DNA of 64,000 nt. It comes from a virus. Positions 10,025 to 19,103 of the stretch are shown in pieces. Under the pieces are notes generated by a model that was not told the DNA's origin, searched no databases, and was given only the letters and a program-made list of their open reading frames with translations. The stretch covers positions 48,423-112,422 of IMG/VR virus record IMGVR_UViG_3300045976_000096, one strand, 5' to 3'. Each line of letters opens with the position of its first letter. Position 1 is the first letter of the stretch. A program made the translations under genes and the position numbers.

Positions 10025-10779
10025 TCCCGGCGCAGCCTGGCATTTATGCCATCGTGAACCTGACCAACGGCCGGCACTATGTCGGCAGCGCCATCAACAT
10101 CAGAAAACGCAAGGCTGTCCACCTATGCGAGCTACGTAAGGGTAAGCACGATAACTCCAAACTGCAGCGCGCTTTCAACAAGTACGGCGAAGCCGAATTC
10201 AGGTTCGATGTGTTGGAGCTGGTAGCGGACACCACGCTGCTGATCGAGCGCGAGCAGTTCTGGATGGATTCAACCAGGCCCTTCTACAATATCCTGCGCG
10301 TCGCCGGCAGCTCGCTTGGTCGAAAGGCGACCGACGAAACCAAGGCGAAGATCGCGGCTAAAGCCCGTGGCAGGAAGTGCAATTTCACTGCCGAACATCG
10401 AGCGAACATCAGTAGGGCGACCAAGGGCAAGCGTCACGGACCACTGTCGGAAGCGCACCGGGCGCAGATCAGCGAGGTCCAAAAAGCCCGCTGGACCGAT
10501 GAAGAACGACAGCGGTATGGCGAGCGCGCAGCGACGCTATTTCTCGGCAAGGAGCACACCGAGGAGACCAAGCAGGCGCTGCGTGACGTCAAGGCGGTCT
10601 ACGACTACCTGATTACGGCGCCGGATGGCACCGAGCACCGGACCAACAGCATGACGAAGTTCTGCGCCGACCATCCCGAACTGCATGCCTGCGCCATGAT
10701 GCGGGTCGCGCACGGCAAGCAGAAGGCGCACAAGGGATGGACGGTCATAGCCACGCACAAGCCTGGCACCGTCGCGTAA
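10021..10779 (+). CDS. GIY-YIG homing endonuclease with NUMOD3-like repeats
   Basis: GIYAIVN...YVGSA...R...H, EREQFW, YN; start ATG 10021 overlapping exonuclease stop. Confidence 0.9.
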   Translation: MIPAQPGIYAIVNLTNGRHYVGSAINIRKRKAVHLCELRKGKHDNSKLQRAFNKYGEAEFRFDVLELVADTTLLIEREQFWMDSTRPFYNILRVAGSSLGRKATDETKAKIAAKARGRKCNFTAEHRANISRATKGKRHGPLSEAHRAQISEVQKARWTDEERQRYGERAATLFLGKEHTEETKQALRDVKAVYDYLITAPDGTEHRTNSMTKFCADHPELHACAMMRVAHGKQKAHKGWTVIATHKPGTVA

Positions 10780-10812
10780 GATGGTGTCAGTTACACAACA
10801 GGGAGAAAGAGC

Positions 10813-10977
10813 ATGACGAGAAAGCCAAAGCTGACCGGCTGGAAGGACGATCGAGCGCGCACTGACGACGCCGGTCGAAACGAAGAAAAGGAAGAAAACA
10901 TGAAGATGACTGAATGCTTCTGGCGCGGCCTGGATCGTGGCTTCTATCAGCTGCCGGAATCAAGGAGGGCAGCATGA
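10813..10977 (+). pseudogene. chimeric remnant: start of the 11248 gene joined to a diverged exonuclease C-terminus
   Basis: MTRKPKLTGWKDD...CFWRGLDRGFYQLPESRRAA* matches MAQQPKMTGWKDD (11248) and CFFRAYDRGFFKLPESLLAKAA* (exonuclease end). Confidence 0.7.
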
Positions 10978-11171
10978 TCGAAGCGCCGGTACTCAAAACG
11001 GCCAACGATTTCGACCACGCTGTTCTGGTCTGGGACGCGATGACCGACGTCGTCGGCGATGACGAAAGTCACCCGCTGTTTCCGATGATGATCCTGCTGA
11101 TGGAAAGTATCGGCGCATGGGAAAAGGCAGACCCGGAAGTGCAGACTTTCCTGAACAGCGAAGGCAAATGA
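10974..11171 (+). CDS. small protein resembling the N-terminal part of HigA antitoxins (no HTH)
   Basis: DFDHAVLVWDAMTDVVGDDESHPLFPMMILLMESIGAWE; AAGGAGG RBS. Confidence 0.55.
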   Translation: MIEAPVLKTANDFDHAVLVWDAMTDVVGDDESHPLFPMMILLMESIGAWEKADPEVQTFLNSEGK

Positions 11172-11247
11172 TCGTCGCCAGCTGAATCATCCGAACGGGC
11201 GCCGCGTGCGCCCGTTCATACTTGAGACTCAACAAAGGGAGAAATAC

Positions 11248-11514
11248 ATGGCGCAACAACCAAAAATGACCGGCTGGAAGGACGATCCACCACCGATGGT
11301 GGGCGAATATAACGCCAGTACCTGCTACGACAGGGACGTGCTGCGCTGGTGGAATGGCCGCACTTGGTCATCGCCGTACTGGCCGCACTGGGAAGATTGC
11401 CAGAAGCGCATTCGTCGTCGCATGGCGGCCCAGTCCAACATCAGCATCAAGTGGCGCGGCCTGGTCGAGAAGCCGGACTATCCATTCCCGCCCGGTCCAC
11501 TGGAGAAGCCGTGA
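11248..11514 (+). CDS. Trp-rich small protein, paralog 1
   Basis: P..G.Y...WWNGRTWS...WRGLVEKP. Confidence 0.75.
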   Translation: MAQQPKMTGWKDDPPPMVGEYNASTCYDRDVLRWWNGRTWSSPYWPHWEDCQKRIRRRMAAQSNISIKWRGLVEKPDYPFPPGPLEKP

Positions 11515-11759
11515 TGACGCGCACCACCGAAACACAATATTTCGACCCCGAAGTCAAGCCGGCCGTGGACGGCGTCTACAAGGTCAAGCACGACATCTGG
11601 TGGGGTGGCACGCGGTTCTCGCTGTGGAAGAACAGCCAATGGCACTTTGCAAGCAGTTCGCCGGATATCGCCGAACGCGAGACAATGCGTAGCATCCTGC
11701 TGTACGAGCGCGGCTTCGAGGGCTGGTGCGGCGTGATCGAGAAGCCGGAGTGGGCATGA
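11514..11759 (+). CDS. Trp-rich small protein, paralog 2
   Basis: P..GVY...WKNSQW...WCGVIEKP. Confidence 0.75.
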   Translation: MTRTTETQYFDPEVKPAVDGVYKVKHDIWWGGTRFSLWKNSQWHFASSSPDIAERETMRSILLYERGFEGWCGVIEKPEWA

Positions 11760-11980
11760 GCGAGTGGGCGGTCAGCGGCACGCCGGCGATCGGCGTACAC
11801 GAAACGGCGGTGGCCTACAGCGACGTCATCAAGCCCCGGCGCAAGCGCTACCAGCACTGGAACGGCCGCTTCTGGGGCGCCATCGGCACCACCCCGGAAC
11901 AGGCTCGCGCATACCGCGACGAGCCAACCCAATATCTGCCCGCGTACTGGCGGGCCATCGAGGAGGAAGTATTCGCATGA
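11756..11980 (+). CDS. Trp-rich small protein, paralog 3
   Basis: P.IGVH...WNGRFWG...YWRAIEE. Confidence 0.7.
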   Translation: MSEWAVSGTPAIGVHETAVAYSDVIKPRRKRYQHWNGRFWGAIGTTPEQARAYRDEPTQYLPAYWRAIEEEVFA

Positions 11981-12327
11981 AACTGAACTGCAAAGTCGGC
12001 GACCTGGCCTACGTGAAGACGTCGAAGAAGACGCCGGAACTGGTCGGACGCGTCGTCGTGGTCGTGCGCGCGGCGAACGAAACGGAAGAAATCTGCGGCA
12101 TCAAGGGGCGCTTGCCGAACCGGCCCGGCGACCAGTGGTGGATCATTCGCTCGGCGGTCGATGGTGAAAGCCTGCCGGCCCACATGCCACATGTCGATGG
12201 CCCGATCATCAAGATCATGCTGCCGGAGCGCCCGGTGCTGGATAGCCAGCTGCGTCCGATCAGGGACGGCGAAGGTCCGGACGAAACGATGGTGTGGAAG
12301 CGCCGCGAAGACAAGGTGACGGCATGA
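11977..12327 (+). CDS. hypothetical protein
   Basis: MKLNCKVGDLAYV...LRPIRD; ATGA overlap. Confidence 0.75.
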   Translation: MKLNCKVGDLAYVKTSKKTPELVGRVVVVVRAANETEEICGIKGRLPNRPGDQWWIIRSAVDGESLPAHMPHVDGPIIKIMLPERPVLDSQLRPIRDGEGPDETMVWKRREDKVTA

Positions 12328-12797
12328 GCGAGCGCGCCCCGATCTGCCCGTACTGTGGCCGGCCATCCAAGCTCGTCACCGGCGCCGCCATCTACACGCC
12401 CTGCCCGCCCGACCTCCTGGCGCGCTACTTCTGGCGATGCGATCCGTGCGACGCCCACGTGGGCTGCCACCGCGCCAACAACGGCATGCGCCAGACCTTC
12501 AACGACGGCAAGGTGCCGCTCGGGCGCCTGGCCAACCCCGAACTGCGCATGTGGAAGGGTAACGCGCATGCCGTGTTCGACGGTTACTGGCAACGCCGGC
12601 TCGACGCCGAGATTCGGTCGCGCGGCGGCCACGCGCCCAAGGGCATCAAGCAGCGCCACCGCACCGAAGCCTACAAGCGCCTGGCGCAAGACCTCAAGAT
12701 CGAGCAGGACCAGTGCCACATCGGCATGTTCGATGTGGATATGTGCAAACGTGTGGTGCGCGTCGTGCGTGCCTGGACAGGAGACAACCCGATATGA
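12324..12797 (+). CDS. zinc-finger protein (DUF3268-like)
   Basis: CPYCG...CDPCDAHVGCH...PLGRLAN...CHIGMFD. Confidence 0.8.
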   Translation: MSERAPICPYCGRPSKLVTGAAIYTPCPPDLLARYFWRCDPCDAHVGCHRANNGMRQTFNDGKVPLGRLANPELRMWKGNAHAVFDGYWQRRLDAEIRSRGGHAPKGIKQRHRTEAYKRLAQDLKIEQDQCHIGMFDVDMCKRVVRVVRAWTGDNPI

Positions 12798-13267
12798 AGA
12801 TCGACCTTCCCAAACTGCCTGAACTGAACGGCGGCGGCTATTCCGCCGACGCCCTGGCCCGGATGCTGACCGACTACGCCGAGAAGGCGGTGCGGCTGGA
12901 GCGCGAAAGGCTGCTCGGCCCGGCGGTCGACGAGCCGGTCGACCTGACCCAGGCGAAGCGCCTGATCGTCCAGTTGCGCGGGCGGGTGGCCGACCTGAAC
13001 GCCGCCCTGGCCGCGCCGATCAACCTGAACTCGCGCGCCAGCGTCACGCTGTCGGCCAATGGCGCCGAAGTGTTCAACGCCTACTACGACCGCCTGTACG
13101 CGCTGATGCCGCCGGCGGCCCAGGAATACAAGCCGGCGCGCGCCGCAGCCGGCCATGTGCATGAGGACCAGTTGTGGAGCATCCTGCAGATTTTCGGGCC
13201 GAACATCATCATGGGCATGGCTTCGCCGTTCGATCCGAATGGCATCACGATCCTCAAGCGCGTGTAG
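12794..13267 (+). CDS. hypothetical protein
   Basis: ATGA overlap. Confidence 0.7.
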   Translation: MKIDLPKLPELNGGGYSADALARMLTDYAEKAVRLERERLLGPAVDEPVDLTQAKRLIVQLRGRVADLNAALAAPINLNSRASVTLSANGAEVFNAYYDRLYALMPPAAQEYKPARAAAGHVHEDQLWSILQIFGPNIIMGMASPFDPNGITILKRV

Positions 13268-13359
13268 GCGCGCTGCGCGGCGGGTGCGCGTTGGCCACAC
13301 CAGCGCCGCATGCCCGCTGCGATAATGCATTCATCGACAACAACCCAAAAGGGAAAATC

Positions 13360-13572
13360 ATGCAGCAGACCACCCGCGCGGCCCAGCCCGCCACGCCCAT
13401 CACCGACCCGAGCTTCGCTTACGTGTCGTCGGCGGCGACCGACATCACGGCGACCCTCAAGCGCTTCGGCTGGACCGAGCCGGATCGCGAACGCCAGCGC
13501 GCCACCAAGCGCCGCCTGAACCCGATTGACGAGACGGGCCTGGGCGAGCAGCTGGTCGACGCGCGCCTGTAA
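13360..13572 (+). CDS. hypothetical protein
   Basis: GATAAT box and AAGGGA RBS upstream. Confidence 0.7.
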   Translation: MQQTTRAAQPATPITDPSFAYVSSAATDITATLKRFGWTEPDRERQRATKRRLNPIDETGLGEQLVDARL

Positions 13573-13598
13573 CGGTCAGTCACAACTGAGAGAGCAAC

Positions 13599-14045
13599 AT
13601 GGCAACAGTCTTATACCTGGACCACGACGGCAACCGGATCAGCCTTGAGCAGTACAAGGCGCATCAGGCCGACCCGACCTACACGCAGGTACACGCCTAC
13701 GACAACGGTCGTGTGCGCGCCGTCGTGACCTGGATCGGCCGCATCGTCGACCCCGGCTCGACCTTCCCGGACTACTACAAGCTGTTCAAGGTGGAAGTCT
13801 GGAACTACACCGAGGGCGGCGAGCTGGCGAAAGATCCTGGCTATCCGAAATTCTTCCCGACCAGGGACAAGGCGGTCGAGGAATACAACTTCTTCGTCGC
13901 GCGCTGGAGCGAATCCGAGCTGGATGACGAGGGGCAGCTGATCGAGGCGGGCAACACCCTGACACCTCCGCCACCACCCAACCCGGACGCGCCAAGCTCG
14001 GCGCCGCCGGCCGACGACGACATTGCAGGAGTAGGAGCATGGTAA
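13599..14045 (+). CDS. hypothetical protein, Pro-rich acidic tail ending GAW
   Basis: ORF, codon usage. Confidence 0.75.
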   Translation: MATVLYLDHDGNRISLEQYKAHQADPTYTQVHAYDNGRVRAVVTWIGRIVDPGSTFPDYYKLFKVEVWNYTEGGELAKDPGYPKFFPTRDKAVEEYNFFVARWSESELDDEGQLIEAGNTLTPPPPPNPDAPSSAPPADDDIAGVGAW

Positions 14046-14380
14046 GCAAATCGATCAAGGATAGCGACATCCTGAAGGAGGCGCGCAAGCACATCGAGCA
14101 GGACAAGTACATCGTCCTGTGCGTGGCGATCAGAAATTCATTCAGGTACTGCGGCGTCATCGAGCGCCACGCCAAGCTGATCGCCTGGATCGAGAAGATG
14201 CTCGGCCCGCACTTCTACTACTCGCACTGGCTGAAGGCAAACCATCCGGCCTTCTACCACAAACAGTACCGCAAGTGGAAGATGGGTGGCCGCTGCGGCT
14301 CGCCCTGGAAGGAAGGCCGGCTCGCCTGGCTCGACTGGATGATCGCCGAGTGCGAAAGGGAGGAGACCCAGCATGGCTAA
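14039..14380 (+). CDS. hypothetical protein
   Basis: Coupled ORF; RLAWLDWMI motif. Confidence 0.75.
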   Translation: MVSKSIKDSDILKEARKHIEQDKYIVLCVAIRNSFRYCGVIERHAKLIAWIEKMLGPHFYYSHWLKANHPAFYHKQYRKWKMGGRCGSPWKEGRLAWLDWMIAECEREETQHG

Positions 14381-14594
14381 GAAGGCGAACTACTCGGCGT
14401 CGAAGCGTATCAACGACGTCATCGTGGCCCTGATCCGGGCGGGCTGGGAATACCTCGGACGCAACAAGCATTCGCGCGTGCGCAGCCCGGACGGCAAGAC
14501 CACGATCACGGTGCCATTCAAGATGAGCGACCACCGCGCGGAGCTGAACTGGATCAGCCAGCTTCGCCGCATGGGTGTGGAGGTGCCAGCATGA
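14373..14594 (+). CDS. HicA-like (dsRBD-fold) toxin/RNase
   Basis: ALIRAGWEYLGRNKHSRVRSPDGKTTITVP...SDHRA pattern. Confidence 0.65.
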   Translation: MAKKANYSASKRINDVIVALIRAGWEYLGRNKHSRVRSPDGKTTITVPFKMSDHRAELNWISQLRRMGVEVPA

Positions 14595-14989
14595 GCAAGG
14601 AACTGCAGAAGATCCTGAAACCGGGCGACCAGATCATCGCCATCGAGGACGCCCGGTTCCCGGCGCATATCTCGAAGGAGCGCCACTACTCCCAGCGCAT
14701 CGGCGACATCCTGATGGTGAACAACCCGAGGGCCTGGTCGAACAGCGTCGGCGGCACCCACCTGAACGGCCATTCGTACGACGGCCGGCCCTCCATCGGA
14801 CTGGGTGGATTGCTGAATATCGGCACCTTCCGCATGGCCACGCCGGACGATCCCGGCTTCATGGCCACACGCGCGCAGTGGGCGGACATCCGCGACGCCG
14901 AGATTCGTCGGCTGCGTGACATGAACTTCGTGCTCGGCGCATGTCTGCTCACCTGCATCGGTCTGGTCATCCTTCCCTGCCTTCGCTGA
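14591..14989 (+). CDS. hypothetical protein with C-terminal TM helix
   Basis: FVLGACLLTCIGLVILPCL hydrophobic tail. Confidence 0.7.
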   Translation: MSKELQKILKPGDQIIAIEDARFPAHISKERHYSQRIGDILMVNNPRAWSNSVGGTHLNGHSYDGRPSIGLGGLLNIGTFRMATPDDPGFMATRAQWADIRDAEIRRLRDMNFVLGACLLTCIGLVILPCLR

Positions 14990-14993
14990 AGGT

Positions 14994-15017
14994 GGCGCCT
15001 GCGGGCGCCTTTTCTTT
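14994..15017 (+). terminator. intrinsic terminator
   Basis: ggcgcc-tgcg-ggcgcc-ttttcttt. Confidence 0.75.
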
Positions 15018-15360
15018 CGGCCCGGCGCCGCCTTGGCGATCCTCGGCGCTGACGCGGACCACTGCAGCCATCCTGACCCGCGCCGCACATGGCGTGATAC
15101 GCGCGGGCGCGCATTTTCATCTACCCGCCTGCCCGGCCCAGGCAACGTGCAGCGCCGACCTGGCCCCGCCGCGAAACCCGCTATGCACGCCTGATCTGGA
15201 CCCGTAAAGTTCACCCATCGACGCAGCGTACAGAGCGCAGCGAACGACGCAGCAAGGGCAGCGCAGCGGGCCACGAAATTGTCCCTATCGCCATACACCG
15301 ACCTGCATACTTGACCTGTCGCGATGTGCGACACCACCAAACCTTTTTATGGAGTTTGAC

Positions 15361-16428
15361 ATGGCAGCGAAAAAGAACAAAGCGACGGACGGCAACCTGA
15401 ACGTGGCGAGCGACACCGTCGCGGGGCCGGAAGACGCGGTGCTGGCGGGGCTGCTCGAAGAACTGGAAGTGGCCGATCCGACCGTGCAGCCCGACGGCGC
15501 GAGCGGCGACGAAATCCTGGAAATCGAACCCGATGCCTCAGCGGTGGGTGTCGCCGACGAACTGATCGGCGAGGTGAGCGCGCAAGCCGCCGACACCGTG
15601 GTCGCCCTGAATGCCGAAGTCGACGCCGACGACACCGACACCCCGGTCGCCGACGTGGTCATCGGCCAGCCCGAAGCGTTCGCCGCAGCTGACGACGCCG
15701 GCATCGACTCCCTGCTCGACGACGTGGCGGGCGAACTGCACGCCGATGGCGCCGCCCAACCCGACGCCGACCCGCTCGATTCCCTGCTCGAGGATGTCGC
15801 CAGCGACGCCGCGCGCATCGAAGCCAAGCAAAAGCTCTACGCGGAACAGGAAGCGCCCGCTGCCGCCGGCGAGGGCGACACGCCGCAGGAGGCCGCACCG
15901 GGCAAGAAGGGCGGCAAGAAGAAGGACGCGGCGCCGAAAGAGCCGAAGGCACCCGCTCCGTCCAAGGTGACGCACAAGCGCGGCGACCTGCTGCTCGCCA
16001 AGCTGGGCGCGAAGGTCGGCGACTACCTCGTATTCGATGCCGATCCCGCCATCAACGACATGAAGCGCGACGCCTTCATCGAGCGCATGAACGACAACAA
16101 GGCGATCGCCGACAAGGTGCGCGACAAGATCCTGATGCTCATGACGTGGATGGCCAACGGCCGCGCGCCGAGCGAACTGAACGAGGTTCTGCGCCGGGCG
16201 TTCACGGTCCTGCACGAACAGGGCGAACTCACCAGCGGAGATAAAGGCAATCTCCAGCTCAATCTTCTGGAGAAGCCGTACTCGATCGGGACTAGCCGGA
16301 GCCAGGCTTCGCAAATCTTCATGCTCTTGCCTGAACTCGACATGGTTGTAAAAACCAAAGGCAAGATGGTGCCGAATCCCAACAGTGTCATGCTCCAGGC
16401 GGTAAATCATCAGCTCGGACTGGTATAA
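15361..16428 (+). CDS. hypothetical protein, acidic N-terminus plus conserved C-terminal domain (paralog of 28411 gene)
   Basis: Asp/Glu/Ala-rich N-half; PYSIGTSRSQASQ motif. Confidence 0.8.
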   Translation: MAAKKNKATDGNLNVASDTVAGPEDAVLAGLLEELEVADPTVQPDGASGDEILEIEPDASAVGVADELIGEVSAQAADTVVALNAEVDADDTDTPVADVVIGQPEAFAAADDAGIDSLLDDVAGELHADGAAQPDADPLDSLLEDVASDAARIEAKQKLYAEQEAPAAAGEGDTPQEAAPGKKGGKKKDAAPKEPKAPAPSKVTHKRGDLLLAKLGAKVGDYLVFDADPAINDMKRDAFIERMNDNKAIADKVRDKILMLMTWMANGRAPSELNEVLRRAFTVLHEQGELTSGDKGNLQLNLLEKPYSIGTSRSQASQIFMLLPELDMVVKTKGKMVPNPNSVMLQAVNHQLGLV

Positions 16429-16458
16429 GGCGAGGGCGGGCCTCGCGCCCGCCCAAAT

Positions 16459-16503
16459 AAGTCACGAAGGACTGTTGACACGGACTCGGCGGCATCCTAC
16501 GAT
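16459..16503 (+). promoter_or_regulatory. operator plus sigma70 promoter of GIY-YIG gene
   Basis: aagtca-cgaa-ggactg then TTGACA-17bp-TACGAT. Confidence 0.7.
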
Positions 16504-16530
16504 AGGGTTTTACTTTCTAGGAACAGCAAG

Positions 16531-17409
16531 ATGACAAGTGGCGTCTACTCCATCACCAACACCGTCAGCGGCAAACGGTACATTGGTAGCTCGCAGAAGA
16601 TCGCGACACGCTGGCGCATCCACCGTAACGATCTGCGAAACGGCAAGCACCACAGCCGGCATCTGCAGCACGCCTGGAACCTGGATGGCGAGGATGCCTT
16701 CGTATTTGAAATCCTGCTCGAGTGTGGCGTCGACGATCTGTTACGTGAGGAGCAGCGACTGATGGATGAAAGGCGCGCAAGGGAAGGCAACCACGGCTAC
16801 AACACGGCACCCGTTGCTGGCTCCCGTCGTGGTGTTCCGCATTCGCCCGAGGTGCGCGCCAGGATGAGTGAGAAGGCACGCGCTCGCCCGCCAATGAAGG
16901 ATGAACATCGCAAGGCGCTATCTGCCGCACTGCGTAAGGCACGATCGGAGGGTCGTCTGTTCACCGACGAGCATCGACGCAAGATTTCGGAGTCACTCAC
17001 CGGAAGGCAGTATTCGGATGAAACCCGCGCGAAGATCGGCGCCGCCGGCCGCGGTCGTCCGGTATCGGACGAAACGAAGGAGAAGCTGCGTGCCGCCTTG
17101 AAGGGCAAGCCGCTCTCCGACGAGAACTACCAGCGGCTCTTGGAGCGCAGCCGCACGACCAATGTGATCACGCCTGAAATTCGAGCCAAGATGGTCGAAT
17201 CGCGCAAGGCAACACTGGCCGCCAGGCGCAAGGAGGTCGCCGCACAAATCATCGCGCTCAAGGAGGAAGGGCTGTCGTTCTCCAAGATCGCGAAGCGTCT
17301 CACCGAGGATAAGGTGCCGACGCTGAATAGCAGGAAAGAAGGCGCGGAGCCAAGCTATAACTGGTTTCCCGCCATTGTTATCAAAATCTATAACGAGGCA
17401 ACACCATGA
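16531..17409 (+). CDS. GIY-YIG homing endonuclease, NUMOD3 repeats, C-terminal recombinase-like DNA-binding domain
   Basis: GVYSITN...YIGSS; S.ETRAKI repeats; EGLSFSKIAKRLTEDKVPT...W...V.KI. Confidence 0.88.
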   Translation: MTSGVYSITNTVSGKRYIGSSQKIATRWRIHRNDLRNGKHHSRHLQHAWNLDGEDAFVFEILLECGVDDLLREEQRLMDERRAREGNHGYNTAPVAGSRRGVPHSPEVRARMSEKARARPPMKDEHRKALSAALRKARSEGRLFTDEHRRKISESLTGRQYSDETRAKIGAAGRGRPVSDETKEKLRAALKGKPLSDENYQRLLERSRTTNVITPEIRAKMVESRKATLAARRKEVAAQIIALKEEGLSFSKIAKRLTEDKVPTLNSRKEGAEPSYNWFPAIVIKIYNEATP

Positions 17410-17747
17410 ACGACAAACTGAAGGCATTACCGGACGACGCGCTGGTTCGCCTCAAGGAGCAGGTGGACGAGGAATTCAAGCGCCGGCGCAACCACCTGTT
17501 CGCCATCGGCAAGCACGCCACCTTCTTCTCGGAGCGGTATGGGCGCGAAGTGCGCATCCTGATCACCGGGCGCGGCCCGAAGAACCTCGTCGGCTTCGAG
17601 TGCGACGAGTACGGCAACAAGGTCGGCCCGCAATGGCGCTGCCACCCCAGCGCGCTGACGCCGGTGCTGCCGAAACCGAAGCCCGTCGCGCCGACGGTGG
17701 GCGTGGGCCGCGACGCGCCCGCGTCGGCAATGGCGGGATCGTTTTAA
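17406..17747 (+). CDS. hypothetical protein
   Basis: ATGA overlap. Confidence 0.75.
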   Translation: MNDKLKALPDDALVRLKEQVDEEFKRRRNHLFAIGKHATFFSERYGREVRILITGRGPKNLVGFECDEYGNKVGPQWRCHPSALTPVLPKPKPVAPTVGVGRDAPASAMAGSF

Positions 17748-17752
17748 GGAAG

Positions 17753-17774
17753 GGCGCCGCGGGCGCCTTTTCTT
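17753..17774 (+). terminator. intrinsic terminator
   Basis: ggcgcc-gcg-ggcgcc-ttttctt. Confidence 0.7.
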
Positions 17775-17980
17775 CGCGCCGGCCAAGCGCCTAGGACCGG
17801 GCCGCGATACTGGGCACCCAGCGTGCGCGTCGCCCGCGCACGACCCGCGCATGCCTGCCCACAGAACGCGCTGTACGCGCTTGGATCAGTCCCGCCCATA
17901 CCCGCGCACCAGTCGCGCATCCGGCCGCCCAGAACGCGCGCTATGCGTTTCGCGGCAATGGGCATTGGCTGTTCGGCTAT

Positions 17981-17996
17981 AAGTCAGCCCTGACTT
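17981..17996. promoter_or_regulatory. AAGTCA-N4-TGACTT operator
   Basis: aagtca-gccc-tgactt. Confidence 0.8.
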
Positions 17997-18062
17997 GCAG
18001 GCGAGTGGCAGGACGACGTACCATTCTGTTGTCGCGATGTGCGACGCAACCGGGAAATCCAA

Positions 18063-18368
18063 ATGTCGAATTTCACAACACCCGCCGACGCGGGCGCGGG
18101 CTTCCGCACCCGCCTGACCATCTTCAACGCCGACGTGCATGTCAGCTTCCACGTCGCGCGCGACGGCTCGGGCCTGGGCAAGATGGTGGTGATGCCGCTG
18201 AATCGCGTGGGCGGCACGGTGTACTACTGCAATCTGCGCCAGCAGAACCACTACGCCAATGAGGTCAACTACCGCCTGCTCAACGACGAGGGTTTGTCGA
18301 GCGCTTCCTACGAGGGCATTGTCGCCTGGCTCGACACGCACGAAGCGCTGGTCAAGGAGAGGGCGTGA
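18063..18368 (+). CDS. hypothetical protein
   Basis: ORF after leader hairpin. Confidence 0.7.
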   Translation: MSNFTTPADAGAGFRTRLTIFNADVHVSFHVARDGSGLGKMVVMPLNRVGGTVYYCNLRQQNHYANEVNYRLLNDEGLSSASYEGIVAWLDTHEALVKERA

Positions 18369-18814
18369 TGGGCAAGATCCACGAGCGCTTCAAGAGCCAG
18401 GCGACGCGCCAGCACACGATCATGGTGGACGCACGCGTGGCCCAGGCGGCCGCCAACCAGAAACCCGACACCGCGCGCCGCATGAGCGTCTTCATGGCCG
18501 ACCTCGACCGCGTGCGCGCCGACCGTACGCTCGATACCGCGGCGCGCCACTTCACGATGGATCGCCTGGCCGAGGAGGCGCGGGCGCTGGGTCTCAAGGG
18601 TCGCTGGAACCTGCTGTGCAACCGGGCCCAGTGCCTGCGCACGCCGGCGACGTGGTACAACCGCGGCAGCTACGCCTTTTACTGCGCCGACTGCGCGCGC
18701 GACCTGAGCGCCGACCGGTTCAACCGGCGCGAAGCCGAGAGACTGTTTGGCGGGTCGCTGTGCATCAACATCGGCAGTGCCGAAGAAGCAGCCGAGCTGC
18801 ACGTAATGCCATGA
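18368..18814 (+). CDS. hypothetical Cys-containing protein
   Basis: CNRAQC...YCADCA possible zinc site. Confidence 0.75.
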   Translation: MGKIHERFKSQATRQHTIMVDARVAQAAANQKPDTARRMSVFMADLDRVRADRTLDTAARHFTMDRLAEEARALGLKGRWNLLCNRAQCLRTPATWYNRGSYAFYCADCARDLSADRFNRREAERLFGGSLCINIGSAEEAAELHVMP

Positions 18815-19068
18815 TCACGCCATTTCCGTACCCGGTGGGCCACAAGGTCCGCCGCCTGACCGAAAAGCCGAAGCTGTACCGCGGCTGGACGATCTACGCC
18901 TACCAGACATGGTGTCAGCAGTACGGTGCCGCGCACGGCGAGTGGCACGACCTGGCGCTGGCGTGCAAGACAGGCGCGCCGGTGATCGCCGGCGTGGGCG
19001 ACCTGTACAAGGCAATCGACCAGGCGGTCGAGACGGGCCAGCCACCCGCCGCACTCTGGGCGTCATAA
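18811..19068 (+). CDS. hypothetical protein
   Basis: ATGA overlap. Confidence 0.6.
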   Translation: MITPFPYPVGHKVRRLTEKPKLYRGWTIYAYQTWCQQYGAAHGEWHDLALACKTGAPVIAGVGDLYKAIDQAVETGQPPAALWAS

Positions 19069-19103
19069 TAGCTTTACCGCAACAACGTAATAAGGGAACA
19101 ACG

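Noticed and set aside
17200-17409. Serine integrase
   Set aside because: Only a short recombinase-like DNA-binding segment; no catalytic resolvase domain.
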